Assembly: GCA_965199955.1 (NCBI GenBank)
Contig: CBDATQ010000001.1
Span: 1,536,001-1,600,000, forward strand
Direction of reading: 5' to 3'
Length of the DNA stretch: 64,000 nt
Source of the DNA: Spirochaetia bacterium
GTDB taxonomy: Bacteria > Spirochaetota > Spirochaetia > SZUA-6 > Bin103
Shown here: positions 29,568 to 38,847 of the stretch, piece by piece
How the letters are laid out: every line of letters starts with the position of its first letter
How positions within the stretch are numbered: the stretch's first letter is position 1
Program-made: the position numbers and the translations under genes
Notes under the pieces: generated by a model
The model's database searches: none
What the model saw: only the letters and a program-made list of their open reading frames with translations
Told to the model about the DNA's origin: nothing

Positions 29568-30629
29568 ATGACACACAGGAATACGGTAGCTTTGGCTAGA
29601 CTGGCGGCCGCCGTCGCGTTCGCGTTTGCAGCCACATTCGGGTACGCCGCCGCCGAGCCGGAGGCTCTCGACGATCGGGTAGCGGTCGTCGCCACGACCA
29701 ACATCGTGGGCGACATCGTCTCGCAGATCGGGGGTGATCGGATCTCCCTGTACGTGATGCTGCCGCTCGGTGCCGATCCGCACGTGTTCCGGGCGACCCC
29801 CCGCGACGCCCGACAGGTAGCCGATGCGGCCGTCGTGTTCATCAACGGCGTCGGGCTGGAAACGGACTTTCTGGGTGAGCTGATCGCGAGCGCAGAGCCG
29901 CGGCGTGTCGTCGACCTGTCCGAGCACTTGGATCTGCGGCGCCTGACGGCTGACGAGGAAGGACACGACGAGGAAGAAGAAGGAGAGCATCACGACGAGG
30001 AGGAAGACGACGAGGAGGCAGAAGGAGAGCACCACGACGAGGAGGAAGACGACGAGGATGGACACCACGGGGAGGAAGAGGGGCATGGCCACGGCGAGTT
30101 CGATGCCCACGTGTGGATGGACCCGACGCTCGTCGCCGCGTGGACGGTCGAGATCGTCGAGGTGCTGGCCGAGGTGGACCCCGATGGCGCGGACGAGTAC
30201 GAGCGGCGCGCGGCCGCGTTGGCTGCCGATCTCGTTGACCTGGATACGTGGGTCCGGGAACGGGTCGCTGCGATTCCGCGTGATCGGCGCATCCTGATAA
30301 CGGATCACGGCATGTTCGGTTACTTCGCCGACCGCTACGGGTTCATGGCCCTCGACAGCGTCATCCCGGGGTTCAGCACGGCCGCCGAGCCGTCCGCGCG
30401 CCACTTGGCAGGACTGCGCGAAACGATCGACGAGCATGCCGTGCCGGCGATCTTCGTGGGTGTTACGGCGAATCCGCAGGCGGCCCAGACGGTGGCCAAC
30501 GACCTGGGTATCGACGTGGTCGCGGTGTACACCGGTTCACTGAGTGAACCGGGCGGCCCGGCGGCTACCTATCAGGACTTCATCCGTATCAACGTTGAGC
30601 GCATCGTCGCCGCGCTTGGCAGGAAATGA
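29568..30629 (+). CDS. znuA: Zn/Mn ABC transporter substrate-binding protein with a His/Glu-rich loop
   Basis: GADPHVF, NGVGLE, acidic His loop, DAHVWMDP, TDHGMFGYFADRYG. Confidence 0.92.
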   Translation: MTHRNTVALARLAAAVAFAFAATFGYAAAEPEALDDRVAVVATTNIVGDIVSQIGGDRISLYVMLPLGADPHVFRATPRDARQVADAAVVFINGVGLETDFLGELIASAEPRRVVDLSEHLDLRRLTADEEGHDEEEEGEHHDEEEDDEEAEGEHHDEEEDDEDGHHGEEEGHGHGEFDAHVWMDPTLVAAWTVEIVEVLAEVDPDGADEYERRAAALAADLVDLDTWVRERVAAIPRDRRILITDHGMFGYFADRYGFMALDSVIPGFSTAAEPSARHLAGLRETIDEHAVPAIFVGVTANPQAAQTVANDLGIDVVAVYTGSLSEPGGPAATYQDFIRINVERIVAALGRK

Positions 30630-31474
30630 CCGTTCGTTCATCCGCGATGACGACGAATCGTTTTCGTATTCCAGAGAATGGAGTAGGCTCGGCGCGCATC
30701 ATGCGCACGCACGGCCGCGACTCCCCGCACACGCCGGGAACGGCACTGCTCGATATCGACTCGGCGTCCGCCCACTACGACGGGCGCAGCGCTATCGAAG
30801 CGGTATCGATGCGGTTGAACGCCGGCCAGCGCATCGCGGTGGTAGGGCCCAACGGGGCCGGCAAGAGCACGCTGTTCAAGGTGGTGGCTGGTATCCACCG
30901 CCCGACCTCCGGGACGGTGCGAGTCTACGGCAGCGATCCGGGCCACCACGTATGCATAGCCTACATCGAGCAGAGCGCCGACCTTAACCTGCGTTTTCCC
31001 GCCACGGTCGAGGACGTCGTGGCCATGGGGCGCATCGCCCGCCGCGGCTACTTTCGCTTTCCGCGCCGCGCCGACCGAGCGATCGTCGGGGCGGCGATGG
31101 AGCGCGTCGGGATTACCCCGTTGCGGCGTCGCCAGATCGGAGAACTGTCCGGGGGCCAGCGGCAGCGCGCGTTCATCGCCCGTGCCCTGGCCCAGCAGGC
31201 GGAACTGCTCCTGATGGATGAGCCGTTCGCCGGACTCGACTCCGACGCCTGCAGCCGGCTCGAGGTGACCCTGGACGCGCTGGGCGAGGACATCACGGTG
31301 TTGCTGTCAACGCATGACCTGGGGGTGGCGGAGCGCATGGGTCACGTAGCGCTGTTGAATCGACGCCTGCTCGGCTTCGGTCCGGCTCCGGAGATCCTGG
31401 TGGCCGATCGGCTTGCGCAGGCGTACGGTGGCAACCTCCATGGCCTGCCGGCGGGGATCGACGCTGTAGTGTGA
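30626..31474 (+). CDS. znuC: Metal ABC transporter ATPase
   Basis: GPNGAGKST, LSGGQRQR, LLMDEPF, STHDL. Confidence 0.92.
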   Translation: MTVRSSAMTTNRFRIPENGVGSARIMRTHGRDSPHTPGTALLDIDSASAHYDGRSAIEAVSMRLNAGQRIAVVGPNGAGKSTLFKVVAGIHRPTSGTVRVYGSDPGHHVCIAYIEQSADLNLRFPATVEDVVAMGRIARRGYFRFPRRADRAIVGAAMERVGITPLRRRQIGELSGGQRQRAFIARALAQQAELLLMDEPFAGLDSDACSRLEVTLDALGEDITVLLSTHDLGVAERMGHVALLNRRLLGFGPAPEILVADRLAQAYGGNLHGLPAGIDAVV

Positions 31475-32343
31475 TAGACCTGCTGATCGCTCCGCTGAGC
31501 TACCCGTTCGTCGTCCGCGCGCTGCTAGCGGTCACCATGGTTGCGGCGGTGTGCGCCCTGGTGGGCACGTTCGTCGTGCTGCGCGGCATGTCCTATATCG
31601 GCAGCGCGCTGGCCCATTCGCTGGTGCCGGGCGTGGCGCTGGGATATCTCGTGGGGGGGCTGTCCCGCGATCGTCTGTTCTGGTGGGCAACCGGCACGGC
31701 GATCCTGACCGCGCTCGGCATGTCCGCCCTAGTTCGCCGTTTTCGCATCGGCGAGGACGCCGCGGTGGGCGTGGTCTACTCCGGCATGTTCGCGCTGGGC
31801 ATCGTGATCCTCTCCACGGTGCGCAGCGTCGCGGTGGATCTCGTGCACTTCCTGTTTGGGAACGTCCTGAGCGTGGAGGGCGCCGACCTGATCCGCATCG
31901 GCGTGGTCGCGGCGATCATCGTCATCGTCGTCGGTCTGTTCTACAAGGAACTGGTAGTGGTCACCTTCGACCGTGTGTTCGCGGCTTCGGTGCGTCTCAA
32001 CAGCAGGTTGCTCACGTCGCTTCAGTACGTGCTGATGGCGCTGGCCATCGCCGTGGCGCTGCAGACCATCGGCATCGCGCTTGTGGTGACCCTGATGGTG
32101 GCGCCGGCCGCCGCGGCGCTGCAGGTCGTCCGCCGCTTCCATCACGCCGTGCTGGTGGCGGCCGGGATCGGCGTCGGCTCCGGCGCTGTCGGCCTGTACC
32201 TGTCCTACCACCTGAGCGTAGCATCGGGCGCGGCAGTCGCACTGGTGTGCGTCGTCGTCTTTCTGATCATCTCCGCGCTGGCTCGTGCGCTTCGGGCCGC
32301 GCCTGCCGAGGAGCCCTATGGAACGGCAGACCCGACAACGTGA
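31471..32343 (+). CDS. znuB: Metal ABC transporter permease
   Basis: GSALAHSLVPG, EDAAVG, HFLFGNVL. Confidence 0.92.
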   Translation: MIDLLIAPLSYPFVVRALLAVTMVAAVCALVGTFVVLRGMSYIGSALAHSLVPGVALGYLVGGLSRDRLFWWATGTAILTALGMSALVRRFRIGEDAAVGVVYSGMFALGIVILSTVRSVAVDLVHFLFGNVLSVEGADLIRIGVVAAIIVIVVGLFYKELVVVTFDRVFAASVRLNSRLLTSLQYVLMALAIAVALQTIGIALVVTLMVAPAAAALQVVRRFHHAVLVAAGIGVGSGAVGLYLSYHLSVASGAAVALVCVVVFLIISALARALRAAPAEEPYGTADPTT

Positions 32344-32701
32344 CGCGATCCAGGCGGTTATCGAGTCGTATGACCGGCCGCTGAGCCCCACGGAGCTCTG
32401 CGATGCGGCTCGCGAGCACCTGCCCCGCCTCGGCATTGCCACGGTGTACCGCGCCATCCGCGACTTGGTGGAGTCCGGGTGGCTGCGGACGGTGGAGATC
32501 CCCGGTGCGCCGGCCCGCTACGAGCGCGCCGGAAAGCCGCACCATCACCACTTCCTGTGCCGAATCTGCAACGCGCTGTGGGAGGTGACCGGGTGCCTGC
32601 GCGGCGTCGACACGCTAGCTCCGGCTGGCTTCGTCATCGAAGGACACGAGCTCACCCTGTACGGGCTGTGCAGCGGTTGCCGCAGCGCGAACGCGGGGTG
32701 A
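32318..32701 (+). CDS. zur: Fur-family regulator, probably Zur
   Basis: GIATVYRAI, HHHHFLCRIC, YGLCSGC; lies in the znu operon. Confidence 0.85.
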   Translation: MERQTRQRDAIQAVIESYDRPLSPTELCDAAREHLPRLGIATVYRAIRDLVESGWLRTVEIPGAPARYERAGKPHHHHFLCRICNALWEVTGCLRGVDTLAPAGFVIEGHELTLYGLCSGCRSANAG

Positions 32702-32736
32702 TTACGCCACGCGCAAGGCCGACACGTAACTATCGG

Positions 32737-33072
32737 AGTTACTGCGTCGGAGCCCTCGTCCACATCCGAGAAATTCGTGATGCTGACATGCCCCCGTGGA
32801 AACTCGGCGATGATGTTCAGCCGACCGCCCATAGCCTCGATGTAGGCGCGAAGATTCGAGACGTACATGTCCGTGCGCCGTTCCAGCTTGGCAACGGCAG
32901 GCTGATTCACGTGCAGGGCTTCGCACAGCGCTCTCCGAGTCATCGCGCGAGCGTGCCGCAGCTCGTGGAGCGGCATAGCCGCCCGTAGTTCCGCTTTCCT
33001 GGCTTCCACTCGCTTGCGCCGCTCGGGAGTGAAGCTGTCCGTCAGCTCGCGAAGGTCATGGCGTCCGCTCAT
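32737..33072 (-). CDS. XRE-family HTH regulator/antitoxin (orphan; 3' end uncertain, frame reads through to 32545)
   Basis: LHELRHARAMT...QPAVAKLERRTDMYVSNLRAYIEAMGGRL.IIAEFP. Confidence 0.75.
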
Positions 33073-33101
33073 CGAATGAGTCCCTCCTTGATGGAATGTC
33101 G

Positions 33102-34148
33102 TCAAGGTACCGACGGCCTGACCGGGCGGTCTTCGCGGGCGGATTGCAGCACCGCCTCGGTGGCGGCCAGGGTCGCCAGGCCGTCCGGGCCGGAGACGAG
33201 CGGCTCCGCGCGACCGCGGATGACTTCGCAGAAATGGGATAGCTGGGCGGCGACGGGGTCGACCGCGTCCACCGGCAGCGGGGTCCCCGACAGGGGGTGA
33301 TGCCAGCCGGTCTCGCCGGGGTGGCGCCAGAGCGTCAGCCGCGGGAACGACAGGGACCCCGCCGTGCCGAGCAGGTAGTAGCAGTTCCGGTCGGTGCGCG
33401 TGTAGAGCGGATTCTCGTGCGTAGTCAGCTCGTACGACCACGGCGACACGACGGCGTCGGAGGCGGCGATCGAGCCGAGCGCGCCGCCGGCCAGGCGCAG
33501 CGTGATCGCCACCGAGTCCTCGACTGCCAAGCCCCGGGCCGTGGAGCTTGAGGCCGCGTACACGCTCTCGATCTCGCCGCCGAGGTGGCGGATCAGGTCG
33601 ATCTCGTGGATGAGGTTGGTGAGGACCGGTCCGCCGCCGGGGCCGGTGCGCCAGCCGACCGCGTAGTAGTCGTCCGGCTTGCGCACGAACCAGAGCGCGG
33701 TGAAGCTCACCAGGCGGCCCAGATCGCCGCGCTCGAGCACCTTCCTGGCGCGTCGCACGTAGGCGCTGTGGCGGCGGTGCTGGCCGACCAGCACCGGGAC
33801 GCCGCGGCGGGCGGCTTCCTCGACCAGTGCGCTGCCGTCCGCAGTGGTAGCCGCGATCGGCTTCTCCACAAGCATCGGCACTCCGGCTTCCGCGCAGGGC
33901 ACGCCGCAGCCGCGGTGCTCGGCGTTCGGCGTGGCGATGATCGCCCCGTCGACCGGCTCGCGTCGCAACAGCTCCGGGAGGTCGCTGTACCGGGGGCACT
34001 CGCCGCGGGCGGCCTGCCCGGCCAGTGCGGGATGGGGGTCGCAGACCGCGGCCAGGACGCACTCGGCGTTCGCGCGGATCCGCTCTATGTGGCTGCGGCC
34101 CATGACGCCGGCGCCGATCACCGCCAGGCGCAGCGGCGTGGAGGTCAC
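33102..34148 (-). CDS. Gfo/Idh/MocA oxidoreductase
   Basis: IGAGVMG, IATPN..H, VEKP, GGGPVLTNLIHEID. Confidence 0.9.
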   Translation of the reverse strand: MTSTPLRLAVIGAGVMGRSHIERIRANAECVLAAVCDPHPALAGQAARGECPRYSDLPELLRREPVDGAIIATPNAEHRGCGVPCAEAGVPMLVEKPIAATTADGSALVEEAARRGVPVLVGQHRRHSAYVRRARKVLERGDLGRLVSFTALWFVRKPDDYYAVGWRTGPGGGPVLTNLIHEIDLIRHLGGEIESVYAASSSTARGLAVEDSVAITLRLAGGALGSIAASDAVVSPWSYELTTHENPLYTRTDRNCYYLLGTAGSLSFPRLTLWRHPGETGWHHPLSGTPLPVDAVDPVAAQLSHFCEVIRGRAEPLVSGPDGLATLAATEAVLQSAREDRPVRPSVP

Positions 34149-35215
34149 CGACGCGACAGGTAGGTGCCGATACGCTCCAGGCCGGCATCGATCTTGTCTG
34201 CGTCGAGCGCGTACGACAGGCGCACGCGGTCGGGGGCGCCGAACCACTCGCCCAGATAGGTGATCACCTGGTGGCGCTCGAACATCTCGCTGACGAACCC
34301 GTACGGGTCGTCGACCTTCGGCAGCACGTAGAACGCGCCCTCGGGCTTCCACAGGTCGAGCCCCAGGTCCGACAGCCCGGCGTAGATCAGGTCGCGGCGC
34401 TCGCGCCAGATGACGAGCTGGTCCTCGACGTAGGAAGGCGGCGCGCTCAGGGCGGCCAGCGCCATCTGCTGGCCCAGGATGTTGGTGTTCATGGAGGTGT
34501 GCGTCTTCATCTCGATGACGCCCTGCACGAACTCCGTGTCCTCCGACCACAGGTAGCCGACGCGGAAGCCGCACATCGCGTAGGTCTTGGAGAACGAGTC
34601 GATGGTGACGACGTGAGGTCCGGCGAGCGTGTGCGTCTCGCTCACGTAGATCAGGTCCTTGTACACGGCGTCCGAAAGCAGGTAGATGCCGAGGTCGCGG
34701 GTCAGCTCCTCGATCCGCTGCAGCGTCTCCACCGGCTGCACGCGGCCGGTGGGATTGGCGGGCGAGTTGATGAGCACCGCCGCGCAGTCGCCCACCTTGT
34801 CGGCGAAATCCTCGATGTCGATGCAGCCGTCGACCGTGTCGGTGTACACGGGCTCCAGGCCGGCGTACCGCACCGCGGGCGGATACGAGTAGTAGTAGGG
34901 GCGTGCCATGAGCACGCGCCGCCGATCGGCCGGGCACGTGTGGCCGATGTGGCGGAGCGCCAGGTCGAGCGCCTCGCTGGCGCCGTTGGTGACGACGAAG
35001 CTGTCGGGCGTCGAGCCCGGGTAGATCGGGGAGAGCGCCTCGCGCAGCTCGGCGCTGCCGGAGATGAGGCCGTACTTGAAGTCCCGGTAGTCGGCAAGCA
35101 CCCGGAACGCTTCCGGCGGCGGCGGCAGGTCCGGCTGCCCGGACCCGAAGGAGATGATGTCGCCGCCCCGCACGCCGATGAACGTGGCCGGAGACAGCCG
35201 CTTACTTACCTGCAT
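34145..35215 (-). CDS. PLP-dependent aminotransferase class I/II
   Basis: GQPD, TNGASEA, NSPANPTG, DAVY, SFSKTYAMCGFRVG. Confidence 0.92.
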   Translation of the reverse strand: MQVSKRLSPATFIGVRGGDIISFGSGQPDLPPPPEAFRVLADYRDFKYGLISGSAELREALSPIYPGSTPDSFVVTNGASEALDLALRHIGHTCPADRRRVLMARPYYYSYPPAVRYAGLEPVYTDTVDGCIDIEDFADKVGDCAAVLINSPANPTGRVQPVETLQRIEELTRDLGIYLLSDAVYKDLIYVSETHTLAGPHVVTIDSFSKTYAMCGFRVGYLWSEDTEFVQGVIEMKTHTSMNTNILGQQMALAALSAPPSYVEDQLVIWRERRDLIYAGLSDLGLDLWKPEGAFYVLPKVDDPYGFVSEMFERHQVITYLGEWFGAPDRVRLSYALDADKIDAGLERIGTYLSRR

Positions 35216-35257
35216 GTCGTGACTGTACCAGACTATCGGCACACCGGACGCAGTCGC

Positions 35258-36394
35258 TCAAGGGTCGGCGATGCTGCCGTCCGCCCGGGTCGGTCCGTCG
35301 CCGCGCGGCACGCGGCGGAAGGGGCTGGCCTCAAGCGCGTCCTCGTCCAGGTCGACGCCCAGGCCGGGGATGTCCGGAACCAGCAGGTTGCCGCCCTCGA
35401 TCGTCCAGGCGTCCCGCATCGCGGTGTCGCGGTAGGTGTCCTGGCGGACGAACTCCAGGATCAGGAAGTTCGGGATCGACATGCCGAGGTGCGCGGCGGC
35501 GGCCGTGGACAGCGGGCCCTGCGGGTTGTGCGGCGCGAGCTGCACGTAGTAGGCCTCCGCCAGCGCGGCGATCTTCCTGACCTCGGAGATGCCGCCGGCG
35601 TGGCAGAGGTCGGGCTGGATCACGTCCACCAGCCGCTGCTCGAGGAGCGGCCTGTAGTCCCACTTGGAGTAGAGGCGCTCGCCGGTGGCGATGTCCATCG
35701 GCGGGTCGGCGTGGCGTAGCCGGATCAGGCCCTCCAGGTCGTCCGGCTGGGTGGTCTCCTCCAGGAAGAGCAGATCGAAGGGCGCGAGTGCCCGCATCAG
35801 CCGGGCCGCGCTCGACGGCCGGCCGCGGCCGTGGTCGTCGATCATGATGTCGACCGAGGCGCCGATGGTGTCGCGCAGCAGCGTGAGCCGCTCGGTGAAG
35901 ATGCGCAGGCGCTCCGCCTCGGGAAGCAGCATGTCGTCGCGCCAGGAGCCGGTCTTCATCGCCGTGAAGCCGTCCGCGACGTCGCGCTGGGCGTCCGCGA
36001 CCATCTCGTCCGGATCGTAGATGCCGACGTGGGTGTAGAGACGGATGTGATCGCGGGTGGGACCGCCGAGCAGCCGATGCACCGGCACGCCCCACGCCTT
36101 GCCACGCAGGTCCCACAGGGCTTGGTCCAGGCCGGCGATGGCCGAATTGACTACCGGGCCGCCCCGCCAGAAACCGTGCCGGTAGAGGCGCTGCCAGTGG
36201 TGCTCCACGGGCAGCGGGTCGCGGCCGATCAGCACCGCGCCCAGCTCGGCGATCGCCGCCTGCACCGTCCGTTCCTTGCCTTCCAGGGTCGCCTCGCCCC
36301 AGCCGAACAGCTCGGTGTCGGTGCACACCTTCACGATCACCCAGTTGCGCCGGCCGCCCCAGGTGACCGTGGTGCTGATGTCCTTGATCTTCAC
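35258..36394 (-). CDS. Mandelate racemase-family dehydratase (galactonate dehydratase-like)
   Basis: GWGEATLEG, DQALWD, DDHGR, ATGERL, QPDLCHAGGI, APHNPQGP. Confidence 0.9.
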   Translation of the reverse strand: MKIKDISTTVTWGGRRNWVIVKVCTDTELFGWGEATLEGKERTVQAAIAELGAVLIGRDPLPVEHHWQRLYRHGFWRGGPVVNSAIAGLDQALWDLRGKAWGVPVHRLLGGPTRDHIRLYTHVGIYDPDEMVADAQRDVADGFTAMKTGSWRDDMLLPEAERLRIFTERLTLLRDTIGASVDIMIDDHGRGRPSSAARLMRALAPFDLLFLEETTQPDDLEGLIRLRHADPPMDIATGERLYSKWDYRPLLEQRLVDVIQPDLCHAGGISEVRKIAALAEAYYVQLAPHNPQGPLSTAAAAHLGMSIPNFLILEFVRQDTYRDTAMRDAWTIEGGNLLVPDIPGLGVDLDEDALEASPFRRVPRGDGPTRADGSIADP

Positions 36395-36852
36395 GTCGCT
36401 TCCCGTGCCGGCGGCGGCGCGTGGTCGAAGCGCATGCCGTTGGTGGTGTGCCGGAAACCGAGCTTGCGGTAGAACGGCAGCACGGAGTCCTCGCAGTACA
36501 GCACGGTCTTGTAGCAGCCGGCCGCCTCTGCGCGCGCCAGCAGGTACTCGATCACCGCCCGGCCGACGCCCGCACGCTGACGGTCCGCGGCGACCGCCAC
36601 GTCCTCGATGTGGGCTGCGGTGCTGCCGCCGTACAGGAACTTGCGCAGCAGGTACAGCGTGCCGGTGCCGACGATGCGGCCGTCCTGCTCGGCGACCGCG
36701 ACGACCGTGTCCGGGGTCCGCCGGATCTGCGCGAAGATGGCCGCGGCCACGCCCGGATCGACGTCGCGGGCGGGTCGGAGGGCGTCCAGCGTCTCGAAGA
36801 AGCCGTTGCGCAGGTCGCCGGCTTGGAGCTCGCGGATGCGGAGGTCGGGCAT
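36391..36852 (-). CDS. GNAT acetyltransferase, GNA1-like
   Basis: RKFLYGG..AHIEDVAV, GCYKTVLYC, FYRKLGF. Confidence 0.85.
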   Translation of the reverse strand: MPDLRIRELQAGDLRNGFFETLDALRPARDVDPGVAAAIFAQIRRTPDTVVAVAEQDGRIVGTGTLYLLRKFLYGGSTAAHIEDVAVAADRQRAGVGRAVIEYLLARAEAAGCYKTVLYCEDSVLPFYRKLGFRHTTNGMRFDHAPPPAREAT

Positions 36853-36913
36853 GGCGGCACCGTACGCGATACCCGCGGTGTCGTCATGTCGTATCCTGCG
36901 CGCGGGAGGAACG

Positions 36914-37660
36914 ATGGGACGATTCGAGGGCAAGGTGGCGTTGGTCACCGGCGGCGGCACCGGCATCGGCCGGGCGACGTCGCTGATGCTGGCGGCAGAG
37001 GGTGCAGCGGTCGCGGTCAACTATTCGCGTTCGCGTGAGGACGCGGAGCGTACAGTGGCCGACGCGCAGGCGCACGGCGTGCGCGCCGTGGCGTGCCAGG
37101 CAGACGTGGCCGATGACGCGGCGGTGACGGCCATGGTCGACTCGGTGGTTGCCGAGCTGGGCGGGTTGGACTTTCTGATCAACAGCGCCGGCATCACGCG
37201 CCCGGTGCCGCTGGGCGACGTGGACGGCATCACACCGGAGGACTTCCAGCGGATTTTCGCGATCAACGCGTACGGGGTGTTCTGGTGTTGTCGGGCGGCG
37301 ATCCGCCACATGCGGCGCGCCGGCGGCGGCCATATCGTCACGGTCGCTTCCCTGGCCGGGTTCAACGGGCAGGGAAGCTCGCTGGTGTATGGCTCCAGCA
37401 AGGCCGCGGCGATCGCGCTCACGCGCGGCCTGGCGGCCAGTCACGCACCTGACATCCAGGTCAATGCGGTCGCGCCGGGGCTGGTCGAGACCCGCTGGAT
37501 CGACGATTTCAGTCCGGAGACGATCCAGGCCATCGCCGGCCAGATCCCCATGGGCCGGATCGCGCAGCCCCAAGACGTGGCCGACGCCATTTTCGGGCTG
37601 CTGATCTCCCGCTACATCACCGGCGAGGTGGTGCTGGTCTCCGGAGGGCGAACGCGCTAG
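36914..37660 (+). CDS. SDR-family oxidoreductase
   Basis: TGGGTGIG, INSAG, YGSSK, VNAVAPG. Confidence 0.92.
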   Translation: MGRFEGKVALVTGGGTGIGRATSLMLAAEGAAVAVNYSRSREDAERTVADAQAHGVRAVACQADVADDAAVTAMVDSVVAELGGLDFLINSAGITRPVPLGDVDGITPEDFQRIFAINAYGVFWCCRAAIRHMRRAGGGHIVTVASLAGFNGQGSSLVYGSSKAAAIALTRGLAASHAPDIQVNAVAPGLVETRWIDDFSPETIQAIAGQIPMGRIAQPQDVADAIFGLLISRYITGEVVLVSGGRTR

Positions 37661-37742
37661 AGCAGCCCGGTTACGAACCTGTAACATCGCCGTAAAGGAG
37701 CAGGCACATGGAGTTGTTACGTTCGCAGGGCGGCAGGCACGC

Positions 37743-38846
37743 ATGATCATCGACGGCCACGCACACGTCTTTCCGCGCCTCGGCTCCGCTCCGCCGGAGC
37801 TGGCCGAGCTGCAGCTTCGCTTCCTGCAGCACCACGTGCAGTACCACCCGCAGGGGTTCCGGCGCGCGGCCGACGGGGCCCGCCTCTTGGCATCGCCGAT
37901 CGCTCCCGACGGCGACGGTCTGGACGACATGCCGGAGGCCGAGGTGCGGGTCGGCCGCCACGGCCGGCTGGAGTTTCGCGTGGGCGGACAGGAGTACTAC
38001 CTGCCGTGGTATCCGCCGTCGCTCGACGAGCTGGAAGCGACGCCGGAGGCGCTGATCGCGCAGATGGATTACGCCGGGGTGGACCGGGCCGTGATCCAGC
38101 ACGACCACCTGTACGGCCGCCTGGACGACTACCTGCCGGACGTGCGGCGGCGCTTTCCGCGCCTGCTGCCGCTGGCGCAGATCGACGAGTGGAGCGGCGA
38201 CCTGGAAGGCGAGGCGGCGCGTCTGCGCCGCCAGCTCGACGGCGGCTGCGTGGGACTCTACTTCTGCGTGGAGGCGCTTGCCATGCTCGACTTCCGGCGC
38301 TCCTTCGACGACCCCTGCTTCGAGCCGGTATGGGCGCTGGTAACCGAGCGCGGCGTCCCGGTGTTCTGGTATCTGTACACCTCGCAGCGTGACCGACTGG
38401 GTTCCTACCTGGAGCAGGTTTGCCGCCTGGACCGCTGGGCGCAGGCCCACCCGGAGATACCGTGCATCTACACCCATGGCATCGAGTCGATCGTCCTCCG
38501 CCCGCGGGCGGAGCGGTTCCGGATCCCGGACAAGGTTCTGGCGTGCTGCTCACGTCCCAACGTGCACCTGGAGGTGATGCTGCATCTCATGGCGCCCGAC
38601 ACCGAGTACCCGTACGCGTGGGCGATGCCGATCCTGGAGCGCCTCTACCGGGAGCTGGGGCCCGACAAGCTGATCTGGGGCTCGGACATGCCGGCCGCGC
38701 TGCGTTCGTGCACCTACCGCCAGTCGATGGACTACGTGCTGCGGCACGCCGGGTTCATGGCCGCCGCCGACCTGGACCTGTTCTTGGGCGGCAACCTGGC
38801 TCGGTTGCTACATGTGAGACCTGAATCATCGGAGGACGACACCTGA
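37743..38846 (+). CDS. Amidohydrolase-family protein
   Basis: IIDGHAH, AGVDRAV, LIWGSDMP, GGNLARL. Confidence 0.85.
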   Translation: MIIDGHAHVFPRLGSAPPELAELQLRFLQHHVQYHPQGFRRAADGARLLASPIAPDGDGLDDMPEAEVRVGRHGRLEFRVGGQEYYLPWYPPSLDELEATPEALIAQMDYAGVDRAVIQHDHLYGRLDDYLPDVRRRFPRLLPLAQIDEWSGDLEGEAARLRRQLDGGCVGLYFCVEALAMLDFRRSFDDPCFEPVWALVTERGVPVFWYLYTSQRDRLGSYLEQVCRLDRWAQAHPEIPCIYTHGIESIVLRPRAERFRIPDKVLACCSRPNVHLEVMLHLMAPDTEYPYAWAMPILERLYRELGPDKLIWGSDMPAALRSCTYRQSMDYVLRHAGFMAAADLDLFLGGNLARLLHVRPESSEDDT

Positions 38847-38847
38847 C

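Noticed and set aside
37670..37686. GTTAC-N6-GTAAC palindrome upstream of the amidohydrolase
   Set aside because: 5-bp arms are expected by chance, and no cognate regulator is evident.
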